A stretch of 60,985 bases of DNA, counting the filler. It is 5 parts of 5 records of this genome, joined end to end, with 100 filler letters (N's around TTAATTAATTAA, not from the genome) between each part and the next. Parts side by side here need not be neighbours in the genome. Positions count along the whole stretch, not along the records: positions 19,087 to 27,394 come from DRR378314_1171; positions 27,495 to 39,010 come from DRR378314_1172; 3 more parts are not named here. The stretch is one strand, 5' to 3'. Below, piece by piece: positions 19,453 through 28,802 of the stretch. Position 1 is the first letter of the stretch. Each line of letters starts with the position of its first letter. A program made the translations under genes and the position numbers. The notes beneath the pieces are model-generated. The model saw nothing but the letters and a program-made list of their open reading frames with translations. It made no database searches and had not been told where the DNA came from.

Positions 19453-20550
19453 CTAGCGCGTGAGGTCAACCCAGACGAGGGAATGGCGGCTGGCATCGGG
19501 GTTTGCCGGGGTGACCTGCGCCGCCGTCACTCGCCAGTCTGCGGAGGGCAGAACATAGTCCACACGCATTGGCCCGGTTGGGCCGAAGGCGACGGTCGGC
19601 TGCATTGGTAAAGGGTCTTGCAGGCGTGCATCGGTCAGCAGGCGGGTCATTGCGCGGCCCATGCCATCACCGGCATTTGGGTCTAGATTGGCATCCCCCA
19701 TCAGGATGAAGCGGTCACTTGGCACCGGGCCAAAGGCACCATCAAGATAATGCGTCCAGAACGCGGTTTCATCGTGGTTGCGTCTACCGTTGCGATCCTC
19801 TGGCCCGTCAAAGACAGGTGGCGTGGCGTGATAAGTCAGAATGGTGATGCGCCCCAAGATAGGGTGTTGGATCGGGAGGGCCCAATGGCCATGAGACGAC
19901 AGCCGTTGGATCGCCTGAGCCTCGACGCTTGGGAAGGGCTTGCCATTAGCTTCCGGCAGCAGGGCCATGGGCAGGTCGCGCCATAAAAGCGTTGAGAAAT
20001 CCTTCACCTCATCAGCAAGGATCGGATGTCTGGACAGTATCGCCATGCTGCCCTGACCGAAGAACCGGCCAAACCCCTGTGCATCTGCCGCCTCACCCAA
20101 TTGGCCGTTGCCATCCAGATCCAGCGGGGTCATCAGCCCGGCATTTGGTGGGGCGGCAAAGTGAAAGGGGTAGTCCAGCCTGTCGGCCAAGGCAGCAAGC
20201 GCGAGGTTTTGCAGATCGTAGTCGATGTTTTGCAGGACGACCACATCTGCCTTTGCCTCAGTGATCGTGGCCAGTACTGCCAGCAATTGCGGCTCTTTGT
20301 TGAGGCTTAGATCACGCAACAACAGACCCGGACCCTTGCGTGAAAGCTCTGTGTTATAGGTTGCGACACGCAGGGTTTCAGCGGGACATAGGGTGGCGAA
20401 CAGGCTTAGGCAGAGCGCAATCAGGCCGTTTGGAAACCATCGTCGGCTTCGGCGTTGGCATAGGTGCGACGGCGCTTTTCCCCGATCATCTCGGCGACGC
20501 GGCCCATTGCGATGCCGCGCATGATCATGCTTGCGGGAAGGAAGGCCCAT
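19453..20550 (-). CDS. Exported endonuclease/exonuclease/phosphatase family protein (true start probably near 20425)
   Basis: LRVATYN, HATPPVFDGPEDRNGRRNHDE, MGDANLDP, RVDYVLPS, SRH. Confidence 0.85.
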   Translation of the reverse strand: MGLPSRKHDHARHRNGPRRRDDRGKAPSHLCQRRSRRWFPNGLIALCLSLFATLCPAETLRVATYNTELSRKGPGLLLRDLSLNKEPQLLAVLATITEAKADVVVLQNIDYDLQNLALAALADRLDYPFHFAAPPNAGLMTPLDLDGNGQLGEAADAQGFGRFFGQGSMAILSRHPILADEVKDFSTLLWRDLPMALLPEANGKPFPSVEAQAIQRLSSHGHWALPIQHPILGRITILTYHATPPVFDGPEDRNGRRNHDETAFWTHYLDGAFGPVPSDRFILMGDANLDPNAGDGMGRAMTRLLTDARLQDPLPMQPTVAFGPTGPMRVDYVLPSADWRVTAAQVTPANPDASRHSLVWVDLTR

Positions 20551-21263
20551 GCGCTGAGTGTCCAGATGATTGTTTGCGGGTTCTGCAATGATACAGTGCC
20601 TATCAGATCGGCCATGGCTTTGACTACTGCGGGGATCACAAAGGGCAGCAGAAAGCCCAGCACGATATTGATGCGGGCATCGCGTTGCAGGCGTTCGACA
20701 ACGTCACCGCCGGCGGTAGGGTCAAACAAGGGCAGGTTTACCCAGACATTGAACGCGCCCTGGCGGGCAGGCCAACCCAGCACGCGAACCATTACCAGAA
20801 AGACCAGCATCGAGATCACCGAGACCAGATAGGCGATACCAGCGGCGGTTCTGACGGAAGTTACCAATGTGGAATCTGCCTCGGTTGGCAGCATCAGCAC
20901 CACAAGGCGGACGGGCGAATAGGGAAAGTCGATGGCATTGCCGAGGATCAAACCTGCGGAGGTCAATCCCGATGTCAGCGAGGAGGGCTCACTCTGGCCT
21001 TTGAAGATCAGGCTGAGAAAAAGAACCGTGGTCGCGAGGGCCGCAAACCTCAGGCGATTAAAGGGCGGGGCATCGCGAAATTCTACGATACTGGGGAAAT
21101 TGGAGTTATATTCGACGAAGGTCAGGAAAGCGGCGAGAAATGCCACAAGAACAGTGATTTGCGTTGAATCGCTCGCCACGCCGGGCAACAGAAGTGCCGG
21201 TGTCGCGATCAATACAGCCACCATCAGGCCGCGCGTCGCCGCGCCTGTCATTCGTCCAATCAC
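20421..21263 (-). CDS. Conserved Rhodobacteraceae-type membrane protein
   Basis: Multiple TM segments; EFRDAPPFNRLRF and FNVWVNLPLFDPT motifs; GTG start inferred. Confidence 0.75.
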   Translation of the reverse strand: MIGRMTGAATRGLMVAVLIATPALLLPGVASDSTQITVLVAFLAAFLTFVEYNSNFPSIVEFRDAPPFNRLRFAALATTVLFLSLIFKGQSEPSSLTSGLTSAGLILGNAIDFPYSPVRLVVLMLPTEADSTLVTSVRTAAGIAYLVSVISMLVFLVMVRVLGWPARQGAFNVWVNLPLFDPTAGGDVVERLQRDARINIVLGFLLPFVIPAVVKAMADLIGTVSLQNPQTIIWTLSAWAFLPASMIMRGIAMGRVAEMIGEKRRRTYANAEADDGFQTA

Positions 21264-21491
21264 TACTTTACCCTTCCAAACTGGCCAGACGCGATACATG
21301 CCGCGTACTTGTCCCAACTTGTCGCCTCCAGGGAAATGGAGGCCTGCCTCATTTCTGCCCAATTTGTGCCTTCTTTCGCCTTGGTTCTCAAGTCACTGGT
21401 TAACGATCTGCAAAAGGTAAGGCGATTTGAAGGTGAGGGTGGTGCGTTCTTGCATCTATTTCAGGGCAGAAAAGAGGCGAGCCTCAAGATG

Positions 21492-21518
21492 TTGTGGGTG
21501 CCACTGGGGCACCCACAA
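21492..21518. terminator. Hairpin downstream of leuD (terminator- or REP-like)
   Basis: TTGTGGGTGCC-ACTGG-GGCACCCACAA inverted repeat. Confidence 0.5.
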
Positions 21519-21567
21519 TCTAAACGTTTAACCTGTCATTATTTAGTACAGATTGATTAACGCTGTG

Positions 21568-22173
21568 TCAGACCCACGGACGGCTTTGAGAGGCGGTGGC
21601 CTCAAATGAGTCGATGGCGGCGGCTTTTTCCAGGGTCAGGCCGATGTCATCAAGACCGTTCATCAGGCAGTGCTTTTTGAAGGAATCGATCTCGAAGGAA
21701 AAGACCTCGCCGTCGGAGGTTGTCACGGTTTGCGCCTCAAGGTCGATGTCCATCCGCGCATTGGCACCTTTCTCGGCATCCTTCATCAGAATGTCGATCT
21801 GCTCTTGTGGCAATGCGATGGGCAAGATGCCATTTTTAAAGCAGTTATTGTAGAAGATGTCGGCATAGCTGGGCGCGATGATACAGGTGATGCCAAAGTC
21901 GGCGATGGCCCATGGCGCGTGTTCGCGTGAGGACCCACAGCCGAAGTTATCGCCAGCCACAAGGATCTGCGCATCGCGGTACTGTGGTTTGTTCAGCACG
22001 AAATCAGGGATCTCGTTGCGGTCGTCATCATAGCGCATTTCATCAAACAGGTTCACCCCAAGGCCGGAGCGCTTGATGGTTTTGAGGAACTGCTTGGGGA
22101 TGATCATATCGGTATCGATGTTGATCAGCGGCAGGGGGGCGGCGATGCCGGTCAGTTTGTCGAATTTGTTCAT
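21568..22173 (-). CDS. leuD: 3-isopropylmalate dehydratase small subunit
   Basis: [35 protein letters not shown]. Confidence 0.97.
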   Translation of the reverse strand: MNKFDKLTGIAAPLPLINIDTDMIIPKQFLKTIKRSGLGVNLFDEMRYDDDRNEIPDFVLNKPQYRDAQILVAGDNFGCGSSREHAPWAIADFGITCIIAPSYADIFYNNCFKNGILPIALPQEQIDILMKDAEKGANARMDIDLEAQTVTTSDGEVFSFEIDSFKKHCLMNGLDDIGLTLEKAAAIDSFEATASQSRPWV

Positions 22174-22186
22174 GGTTGTGCTCCGA

Positions 22187-22435
22187 TCAGGTTGCGTTTT
22201 CGCAAACAGCGATAAACTTGATCCATCCGTTTGATTGTGGTGTCTCTGAGTAGCTTTCGGCTTTGCCTGTCGGGCAACGGCTTACGACAGAAGTCCGTAC
22301 TTCTTCAGACGTCCAGCCCTCAGGGCTATAACTGCCGCTGATTCCGCCATCGTTGAAATCCATTTTGTAAGCACTTGGATCGCTGCTGCAGGCACCTAGA
22401 CCAATGACCGCAAGCAGAACATATCTCTTCCACAT
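22187..22435 (-). CDS. Small lipoprotein between leuC and leuD
   Basis: 82 aa, LGAC lipobox, start overlaps the leuC stop. Confidence 0.65.
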   Translation of the reverse strand: MWKRYVLLAVIGLGACSSDPSAYKMDFNDGGISGSYSPEGWTSEEVRTSVVSRCPTGKAESYSETPQSNGWIKFIAVCENAT

Positions 22436-23841
22436 TACATCATCTCCCGCACATCGGTCAGCTTGCCTGTGATCGCCGCTGCTGCGGCCATCGCGGGTGA
22501 CATCAGGTGGGTGCGTCCGCCCCGGCCCTGACGGCCCTCGAAGTTGCGGTTGGATGTTGCCGCGCAGCGTTCGCCTGCTGACAGTTGGTCAGGGTTCATC
22601 GCCAGACACATGGAGCAGCCTGCAAGGCGCCATTCAAATCCGGCTTCGATAAAGATGTCGGACAGACCTTCTTCCTCGGCTTGGGCGCGGACCAGACCGG
22701 AACCGGGCACAACCATGGCGCGGATGCCATCCTTTTTCTTTTTGCCTTTGAGGATCGCCGCCGCTGCACGCAGATCTTCGATACGGCCGTTGGTGCAGGA
22801 GCCGATGAACACCGTGTCGATTTCGACATCGGCCAAAGGTGTGCCCGCCGTCAGACCCATGTAGTCAAGCGAGCGCTGGGCCGCCTCTACCTTGCCGCCT
22901 TTGAAATCGCTGGCGGATGGGATGTTTGCGGTGATTGGCAGCACGTCTTCGGGTGAGGTGCCCCATGTGACAACCGGTGCGATATCTTCACCTTTGATGG
23001 TGATCACCTCGTCCCAGGCGGCGTCATCGTCGGAATAGAGGGTTTTCCACCAGTCCATCGCCGCTTCCCATTGTGCGCCTTTTGGCGCGTGGGGACGGCC
23101 CATGCAGTATTCAAAGGTTTTCTCATCCGGTGCGATCAGACCTGCACGCGCGCCGCCCTCAATCGCCATGTTACAGACGGTCATGCGCCCTTCCATAGAT
23201 AGATCACGGATCGCTTCGCCGCAATATTCGATGACATAGCCGGTACCGCCAGCGGTGCCGGTGACGCCGATCACGGACATGGTGATGTCCTTGGCAGTCA
23301 CGCCGGGGCGCAATTTGCCGGTGATCTCGACCTTCATGTTTTTGGATTTCTTCTGGATCAGCGTTTGCGTTGCCAGAACATGTTCCACTTCAGACGTACC
23401 GATGCCGTGGGCCAATGCGCCGAAAGCACCGTGTGTTGCGGTGTGGCTGTCGCCGCAAACAACGGTCATGCCGGGCAGGGTCCAGCCCTGTTCAGGGCCA
23501 ACGATATGCACGATGCCCTGACGGACGTCAGAGACAGGATAATAATGGATGCCAAAATCCTTGGCGTTCTTGTCCAGCGCTTCAACCTGAATGCGGCTGT
23601 CTTCGGTCATGGTGGCGGCGTTGGCGCGATCCAGCGTGGTGGGCACGTTGTGATCCGGTACAGCGATGGTTTTATCCGGTGCGCGCACGGTACGGCCGGT
23701 CATGCGCAGGCCCTCGAACGCCTGCGGGCTGGTCACTTCGTGTACAAGGTGACGGTCGATGTACAACAGGCAGGTGCCATCATCGGCTTCATGTGCCAGA
23801 TGGGCATCCCAGATTTTATCGTAAAGTGTCTTGGGGGACAT
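22435..23841 (-). CDS. leuC: 3-isopropylmalate dehydratase large subunit
   Basis: [44 protein letters not shown]. Confidence 0.98.
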   Translation of the reverse strand: MSPKTLYDKIWDAHLAHEADDGTCLLYIDRHLVHEVTSPQAFEGLRMTGRTVRAPDKTIAVPDHNVPTTLDRANAATMTEDSRIQVEALDKNAKDFGIHYYPVSDVRQGIVHIVGPEQGWTLPGMTVVCGDSHTATHGAFGALAHGIGTSEVEHVLATQTLIQKKSKNMKVEITGKLRPGVTAKDITMSVIGVTGTAGGTGYVIEYCGEAIRDLSMEGRMTVCNMAIEGGARAGLIAPDEKTFEYCMGRPHAPKGAQWEAAMDWWKTLYSDDDAAWDEVITIKGEDIAPVVTWGTSPEDVLPITANIPSASDFKGGKVEAAQRSLDYMGLTAGTPLADVEIDTVFIGSCTNGRIEDLRAAAAILKGKKKKDGIRAMVVPGSGLVRAQAEEEGLSDIFIEAGFEWRLAGCSMCLAMNPDQLSAGERCAATSNRNFEGRQGRGGRTHLMSPAMAAAAAITGKLTDVREMM

Positions 23842-23907
23842 GGGTCCACTCCCGTATTTGGTTTGAAAAACTGATAGTGTGCGACGGCGGGTGTCGCGAT
23901 GCCGGAC

Positions 23908-23994
23908 TTATAGTCGGGAAAGCACCGTGGTGGTGGCCCCAAAGAAGCGTTCGCGCAGGCGGGCGCGGTCACCGATGTTGATAATCCGTTTCAT
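23908..23994 (-). promoter_or_regulatory. Putative 28-aa leader peptide upstream of leuC
   Basis: ATG 23994 to TAA 23908 reads MKRIINIGDRARLRERFFGATTTVLSRL; ends CTT-TCC-CGA-CTA; hairpins follow. Confidence 0.55.
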
Positions 23995-24120
23995 GCAATG
24001 TGGAATACACCTGTGCCTGCTGCGCTGCAAGCGCTGGTCGCGCTGCCTTATAGCGCTAAATTCAAGCAGGGTTGCACGGCTTGGCCGCTTCTGCGACCCT
24101 TTGAAAAGTGAGGACTGCGC

Positions 24121-25464
24121 ATGAATGATTTGACCGACCCGTTTGCCGATTTTCTTGCCACGCTTGAGGGGGTCTGGCTGTCGGGGCAGTCATTTCTGAT
24201 CGGGGTGATAGCCCCGGGATGGCGGCAAAATCAGGTACTTATCCTTATTGCATTAGCATTGATCGCTTGGCTGGTGCGCGGGCGTTGTGTGCATTTGCTG
24301 GAACGTTATGTGCGGTCGCGCGAAGGTTGGGCCAAGTGGCAGTTGCGGTTCATTGTGCAGCTGAAACAGCGGCTGGGTTTGATCGTGTTTGCGCTGTTGG
24401 CCAGTGCTGTTTATTTTGTGATGCAGAATGTCACATGGCCATCGCGGTCCTATCTGATTGGTCTGGCCGCGACATTGACAGCCGTGTGGGTTGGTACTGC
24501 CTTTGCCGCGCAGTTGGTGCATGACAGGTTTATCAGGCGCATCGTCAGGTGGTCCTTGTGGATCTATGCCACGCTGTATCTGTTAAATGTGTCTGATGAT
24601 GTTGCCGAGTTTCTGGACAATATCGCGTTGGAACTGGGCGAGTTCCGGCTTTCGGTGTTGACGCTGATTACAGCCTTGGTGGTGATCGGTGCGCTGTTGA
24701 TGATGGCGCGGTTTGCCAGTCGGGCGACCGCCAGCACCATTCGCAAGAATGAGGACATCAGCCCCTCGATGCAGGTGCTGGCCGTCAAGGGCGTACAACT
24801 GGTGTTGTATGGTGTGGCATTTTATCTGGGGGTCAAGGCGGTTGGCATTGATCTGACAGGGCTTGCTGTGCTGTCGGGGGCGATTGGTGTCGGCCTTGGT
24901 TTTGGTCTGCAAAAGGTGGTGTCGAACCTTGTGTCGGGTGTGATCATCCTGCTGGACAAGTCGATCAAGCCGGGGGACGTGATTTCACTGGGCGAGACCT
25001 TTGGCTGGATCCAGACATTGGGCGCGCGATACGCCTCTGTGGTGACGCGGGACGGTCGGGAGTATCTGATCCCGAATGAGGATTTGATTACCGGGCAGGT
25101 GGTCAACTGGTCGCATTCAGACGATTTCGTGCGGCTCGATATCCATTTTGGCACTGCCTATGGTGATGATCCGCATCAGGTGCGCAAGTTGGCGATTGAA
25201 GCGGCCAGCGGGGTCAACCGGGTGCTGACGTTCAAGCCGCCGGTCTGTCATATCGTTGGGTTTGGTGACAGCAGCGTGGATTATATCCTGCGGTTCTGGA
25301 TCAAGGATCCGACCGGCGGGCTGACCAATATTCGCGGCAATGTGTTTCTGGCCTTATGGGATACGTTTCAGGAAAATGGCATCTCTATCCCCTTCCCGCA
25401 GCGCGAGGTTTTGATGCTGGAAGATAGCAAGCTGTCAATTAGCCGGAAGGGTGGGGCGCAATAG
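24121..25464 (+). CDS. Small-conductance mechanosensitive channel (MscS family)
   Basis: GAIGVGLGFGLQKVVSNLVSG, IKPGDVI, IPNE, VVNWS, IPFPQR. Confidence 0.93.
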   Translation: MNDLTDPFADFLATLEGVWLSGQSFLIGVIAPGWRQNQVLILIALALIAWLVRGRCVHLLERYVRSREGWAKWQLRFIVQLKQRLGLIVFALLASAVYFVMQNVTWPSRSYLIGLAATLTAVWVGTAFAAQLVHDRFIRRIVRWSLWIYATLYLLNVSDDVAEFLDNIALELGEFRLSVLTLITALVVIGALLMMARFASRATASTIRKNEDISPSMQVLAVKGVQLVLYGVAFYLGVKAVGIDLTGLAVLSGAIGVGLGFGLQKVVSNLVSGVIILLDKSIKPGDVISLGETFGWIQTLGARYASVVTRDGREYLIPNEDLITGQVVNWSHSDDFVRLDIHFGTAYGDDPHQVRKLAIEAASGVNRVLTFKPPVCHIVGFGDSSVDYILRFWIKDPTGGLTNIRGNVFLALWDTFQENGISIPFPQREVLMLEDSKLSISRKGGAQ

Positions 25465-25519
25465 TGTGCCCGGTCCGCAGGAAGACCTGTCTGTGATCAG
25501 GTAAGGGAGGGCGCGGGGT

Positions 25520-26245
25520 ATGATGCAGACCGGCGACGTCATTCTGATCATGGGCAGTGGTCCAAATGCGGTGGCGGCGCAGCGCTGGCCGAAAGAGTGG
25601 TTTGACCAGATCGTGGTCATCAACAACGCTTGGCGGTTGCGTCCGGATTGGGACAGGTTGGTGTTCCCCGAAGATTTCCCGGTGCAAAAGCGCCCCGCCG
25701 AGATAGTACCGGGTCAGCAGTTGGTTCAGGCGGAAGCCTTTGTGCCGGCGCAGAACCTATTTGGCGGGTTTGTTCATGGCGGCGCGACGATGGCCATTAC
25801 TGCCGGCTATTGGGCGCTGGCCGCGCTGCGCCCTCGGGTGATGGCATTTATCGGCTGTGACATGGTGTACCCCGCCACAGGCTCTACACATTTCTATGGC
25901 AGCGGAACGGCGGACCCCCTGCGTGATGACATAAGCCTGCGTGATCTGGGAGCCAAGTCAGCCCGGCTGGCGCTGATTGCCGCCGCGCAGGGATGTGCCT
26001 GTGTGAACCTGTCGCAAGACGAATCGTCACTGTTGTTCCCAACCGCGGCCCCTGATGCATTGCGCGGCGGAATCATGCCGCCGGCGATTGATCTGCAGCG
26101 GGTGGCTGGCTTGCGTGCACGGGAAGATGCCTTGGGTTATGCCACGCCGGACGGGCGCTATGTGAATGACCCAAGCGCCTATGACATGGATATCTTGGGG
26201 GAAATTGATGCAAACTGGCGGATGCTGCTGCATCCGTTCACCTGA
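25520..26245 (+). CDS. Hypothetical protein with Rossmann-like GSGP start (GT29/DUF115-like motifs)
   Basis: ILIMGSGPN, VVINNAW, FIGCDM, HFYG. Confidence 0.65.
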   Translation: MMQTGDVILIMGSGPNAVAAQRWPKEWFDQIVVINNAWRLRPDWDRLVFPEDFPVQKRPAEIVPGQQLVQAEAFVPAQNLFGGFVHGGATMAITAGYWALAALRPRVMAFIGCDMVYPATGSTHFYGSGTADPLRDDISLRDLGAKSARLALIAAAQGCACVNLSQDESSLLFPTAAPDALRGGIMPPAIDLQRVAGLRAREDALGYATPDGRYVNDPSAYDMDILGEIDANWRMLLHPFT

Positions 26246-26406
26246 TCGCCGCACCGGTGCTTGCGGCCAGAGAACACCCTGCACGGATGGCGGGCAGTAA
26301 TGTCACACCCTGCGGCCTTGTCATTGAATTGTCAGCTTCGTGTTGTTAAATTACGAAAAACCCCAGCGCCGGGGGCAAGGCGGCGCGCCCAAAGGAGGAC
26401 AATGTC

Positions 26407-26826
26407 CTGTCACTACATACTGACGCATCCGTGCATGCGAAACCGGGGGCACCGCTGATGGCGCGTACCTCTGACATGACAACAAGCAATGCTGTGTTGG
26501 CCGCCATCCTGAACTCTCTGGAAGAAGACAAAGCCGAGGACATCGTGCAGATTGATCTGCGCGGCAAGACCGAGATTGGCGATCACATGATCATCTGTTC
26601 CGGCCGTTCGACCCGTCAGGTTTCGGCGATTTCGGAAAAGCTGGCACAGAAGGTCAAAGACGAATTTGGCCGCTCGCCCAAGATCGAGGGCAAGGACATC
26701 GGCGACTGGGTCTTGATCGACACAGGCGACGTGATTGTGCATGTGTTCCGCCCCGAAGTGCGCGAGTTCTACCAGCTGGAAAAGATGTGGATGGACGGCG
26801 GCGAAGTCGCATCCCCGCAAAACTGA
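26407..26826 (+). CDS. rsfS: Ribosomal silencing factor RsfS (start uncertain)
   Basis: DKAEDIVQIDL, ICSGRSTRQV, WVLIDTGDVIVHVF.PE.REFYQLEKMW. Confidence 0.93.
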   Translation: MSLHTDASVHAKPGAPLMARTSDMTTSNAVLAAILNSLEEDKAEDIVQIDLRGKTEIGDHMIICSGRSTRQVSAISEKLAQKVKDEFGRSPKIEGKDIGDWVLIDTGDVIVHVFRPEVREFYQLEKMWMDGGEVASPQN

Positions 26827-26842
26827 TATTTAGGGCCGCGCA

Positions 26843-27313
26843 ATGCGAGTTCATATTTGCGCGGTGGGCCGCCTGCGGGCTGGTCCTGAAAAAGACCTGA
26901 TCGATGATTATCTGACACGTTTCGACAGAACGGGGCGGGCCTTGGGCCTTGGACCTGCGCGTGTCGTCGAGGTCGAGGATAAGAAGGGCGGCGGCATGGT
27001 GGCAGAGGCCGCATTGCTGGAACGCGCCCTGCCTGCTGGTGCGTTGATCTGCGCATTGGATGAACGCGGCAAGGTCGAAACTTCGCCCGAGTTTGCCAAC
27101 CGTCTGGGCGGATGGCGTGACATGGGGCGCGGTGATGTGGCCTTTGTGATTGGCGGTGCTGATGGAATCGCAGCCGATCTGCGGTCCCGGGTGGATCACA
27201 AGCTGTCATTTGGCAAAATGGTCTGGCCGCATATGCTGGTGCGGGTAATGCTGGCCGAACAGCTCTACCGCGCGGCGTCGATACTTGCGGGCGGGCCTTA
27301 TCACCGGGTGTGA
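26843..27313 (+). CDS. rlmH: 23S rRNA pseudouridine-1915 N3-methyltransferase
   Basis: [34 protein letters not shown]; follows rsfS. Confidence 0.96.
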   Translation: MRVHICAVGRLRAGPEKDLIDDYLTRFDRTGRALGLGPARVVEVEDKKGGGMVAEAALLERALPAGALICALDERGKVETSPEFANRLGGWRDMGRGDVAFVIGGADGIAADLRSRVDHKLSFGKMVWPHMLVRVMLAEQLYRAASILAGGPYHRV

Positions 27314-27336
27314 GGGGGGCTTGCGCGTGGCAGTTT

Positions 27337-27394
27337 TGGCGACCCCGATTGGATTCGAACCAATAACCTGCCCCTTAGGAGGGGGCTGCTCTAT
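27337..27394 (-). tRNA. tRNA-Arg(CCT), 5' part lost at contig end
   Basis: Minus strand: anticodon loop CTCCTAA, T arm GGTTCGAATCC, terminal CCA. Confidence 0.9.
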
Positions 27395-27494
27395 NNNNNN
27401 NNNNNNNNNNNNNNNNNNNNNNNNNNNNNNNNNNNNNNTTAATTAATTAANNNNNNNNNNNNNNNNNNNNNNNNNNNNNNNNNNNNNNNNNNNN
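27395..27494. other. Artificial contig spacer
   Basis: N runs around TTAATTAATTAA. Confidence 0.98.
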
Positions 27495-27697
27495 TTTGCC
27501 GACGCTGTGCGAAGGGCTGCAACAACCGATCGCAGCTACATGCACCGCAAGGCGTGCTCGTGTAGCAGCATTTTTCCAGGCCACAGTGCGGATAGCGGGG
27601 TGACGCTGCTGTCATAAAACGCCAACTATATAATGCATAGTAAATATTTGCAGTATTGATTGCCTTGTGATAAGAAACTCCGCTGCAAGAAACGTAC

Positions 27698-28001
27698 GGG
27701 CAAAGTCCGCATTGGTGGCATTGTTCAAGTCCGAGATCGATGTATCGATAAGGCGATACGAAGAGTTGTCCGTCGCCAAGAACGCGACAAGTACCAACGC
27801 GCACGATGCTAGTGCAGCAACGGTAGCGCCGAGCGTCAGTGCTGAATTCGGCTTCGATTTTACATTGGAAAGATCGACGGCAGCACTGTGTGCATCCTTC
27901 GTGTCTGCGGTGGCCATAACAAGGTTTTGCGATTCGCTGCTCTCCATAGGAGTTGGGTCCTGGGTCAGCGTGGGAAGAGGTCTCGAGCTCCTCGCGGGCA
28001 C
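27698..28001 (-). CDS. Possible first exon of a eukaryotic membrane-anchored protein
   Basis: ORF with one hydrophobic helix (ALTLGATVAALASCALVLVAFLA) ending at a GTACGT donor-like site; remainder not found. Confidence 0.3.
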
Positions 28002-28802
28002 AGGGGCGGGGGCGCCGGGGGCCTGCTCGCGAGAGGAATGTGTGGGTTGTCGTCTTGCGTTGCGGCGCGCTTCCCCTTCTCATTGGCCGCCCCCTTGCGC
28101 TCCTTCTCCCCTACAGGGTCCCCCTAGTGAGTCCGAATGTGCACCTAGCTTTATCATGGTGCGAAGTACTTGGCACGACTCAACGTGCGCCCCAATGGTC
28201 GCACGTTCGCCATGTCCACTGCTGTGCACATCCATTGCTTTTCTCCCCAGCCGTGCCATCATGTATTTGGTAGCTGTCAACAAACACCGCTGGTCTTTCT
28301 TTTAATAAAATGATGACTGTCTCCGCAAGTATTGTACGCCTGTTGTGCATCTCTCAGGATACGTGTTCGTTGCTTTGAGCACGCGAGCAAAGCAGTGCGA
28401 TCTACCCCGCATGCCCTGCAGCGGGCAGGTAGGTTTGCGGCGCCGAGCACGGCGCGCCCGCCGTTCGCCACGATCCGTACACCCTACGCGTGCAAGGCTT
28501 GGCTGCGTTCCCATTCGCATGTCCTCGAAGAGCAAAAGACTTGCCGTACGAAACAACAATATGAGCAAATACTCCATCAAGGAAATAAAAATGAGTACAT
28601 CTCACCCAAACGAATGTTTCGCGGGGCTGACGGAGTCGGCCGTAGTATGCGTGCCACCGGTGCTCGCCAAGAGGAAGAGAGGCCTCCTGGCACAGCACCT
28701 GAGGAGAGCTGGCATGTTTTGTCATACAGCACAATACTTTATTATCTCAACCATGCATTCTGCTAATCAGATAACATCACTACCACGGCAAGGAAGCCAC
28801 AG

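Noticed and set aside
21492-21518. GGCACCC/GGGTGCC core shared with the hairpin at 54498-54517 as a REP family
   Set aside because: Only a 7-bp core, arms in opposite order, two copies; explained adequately as terminator-like hairpins
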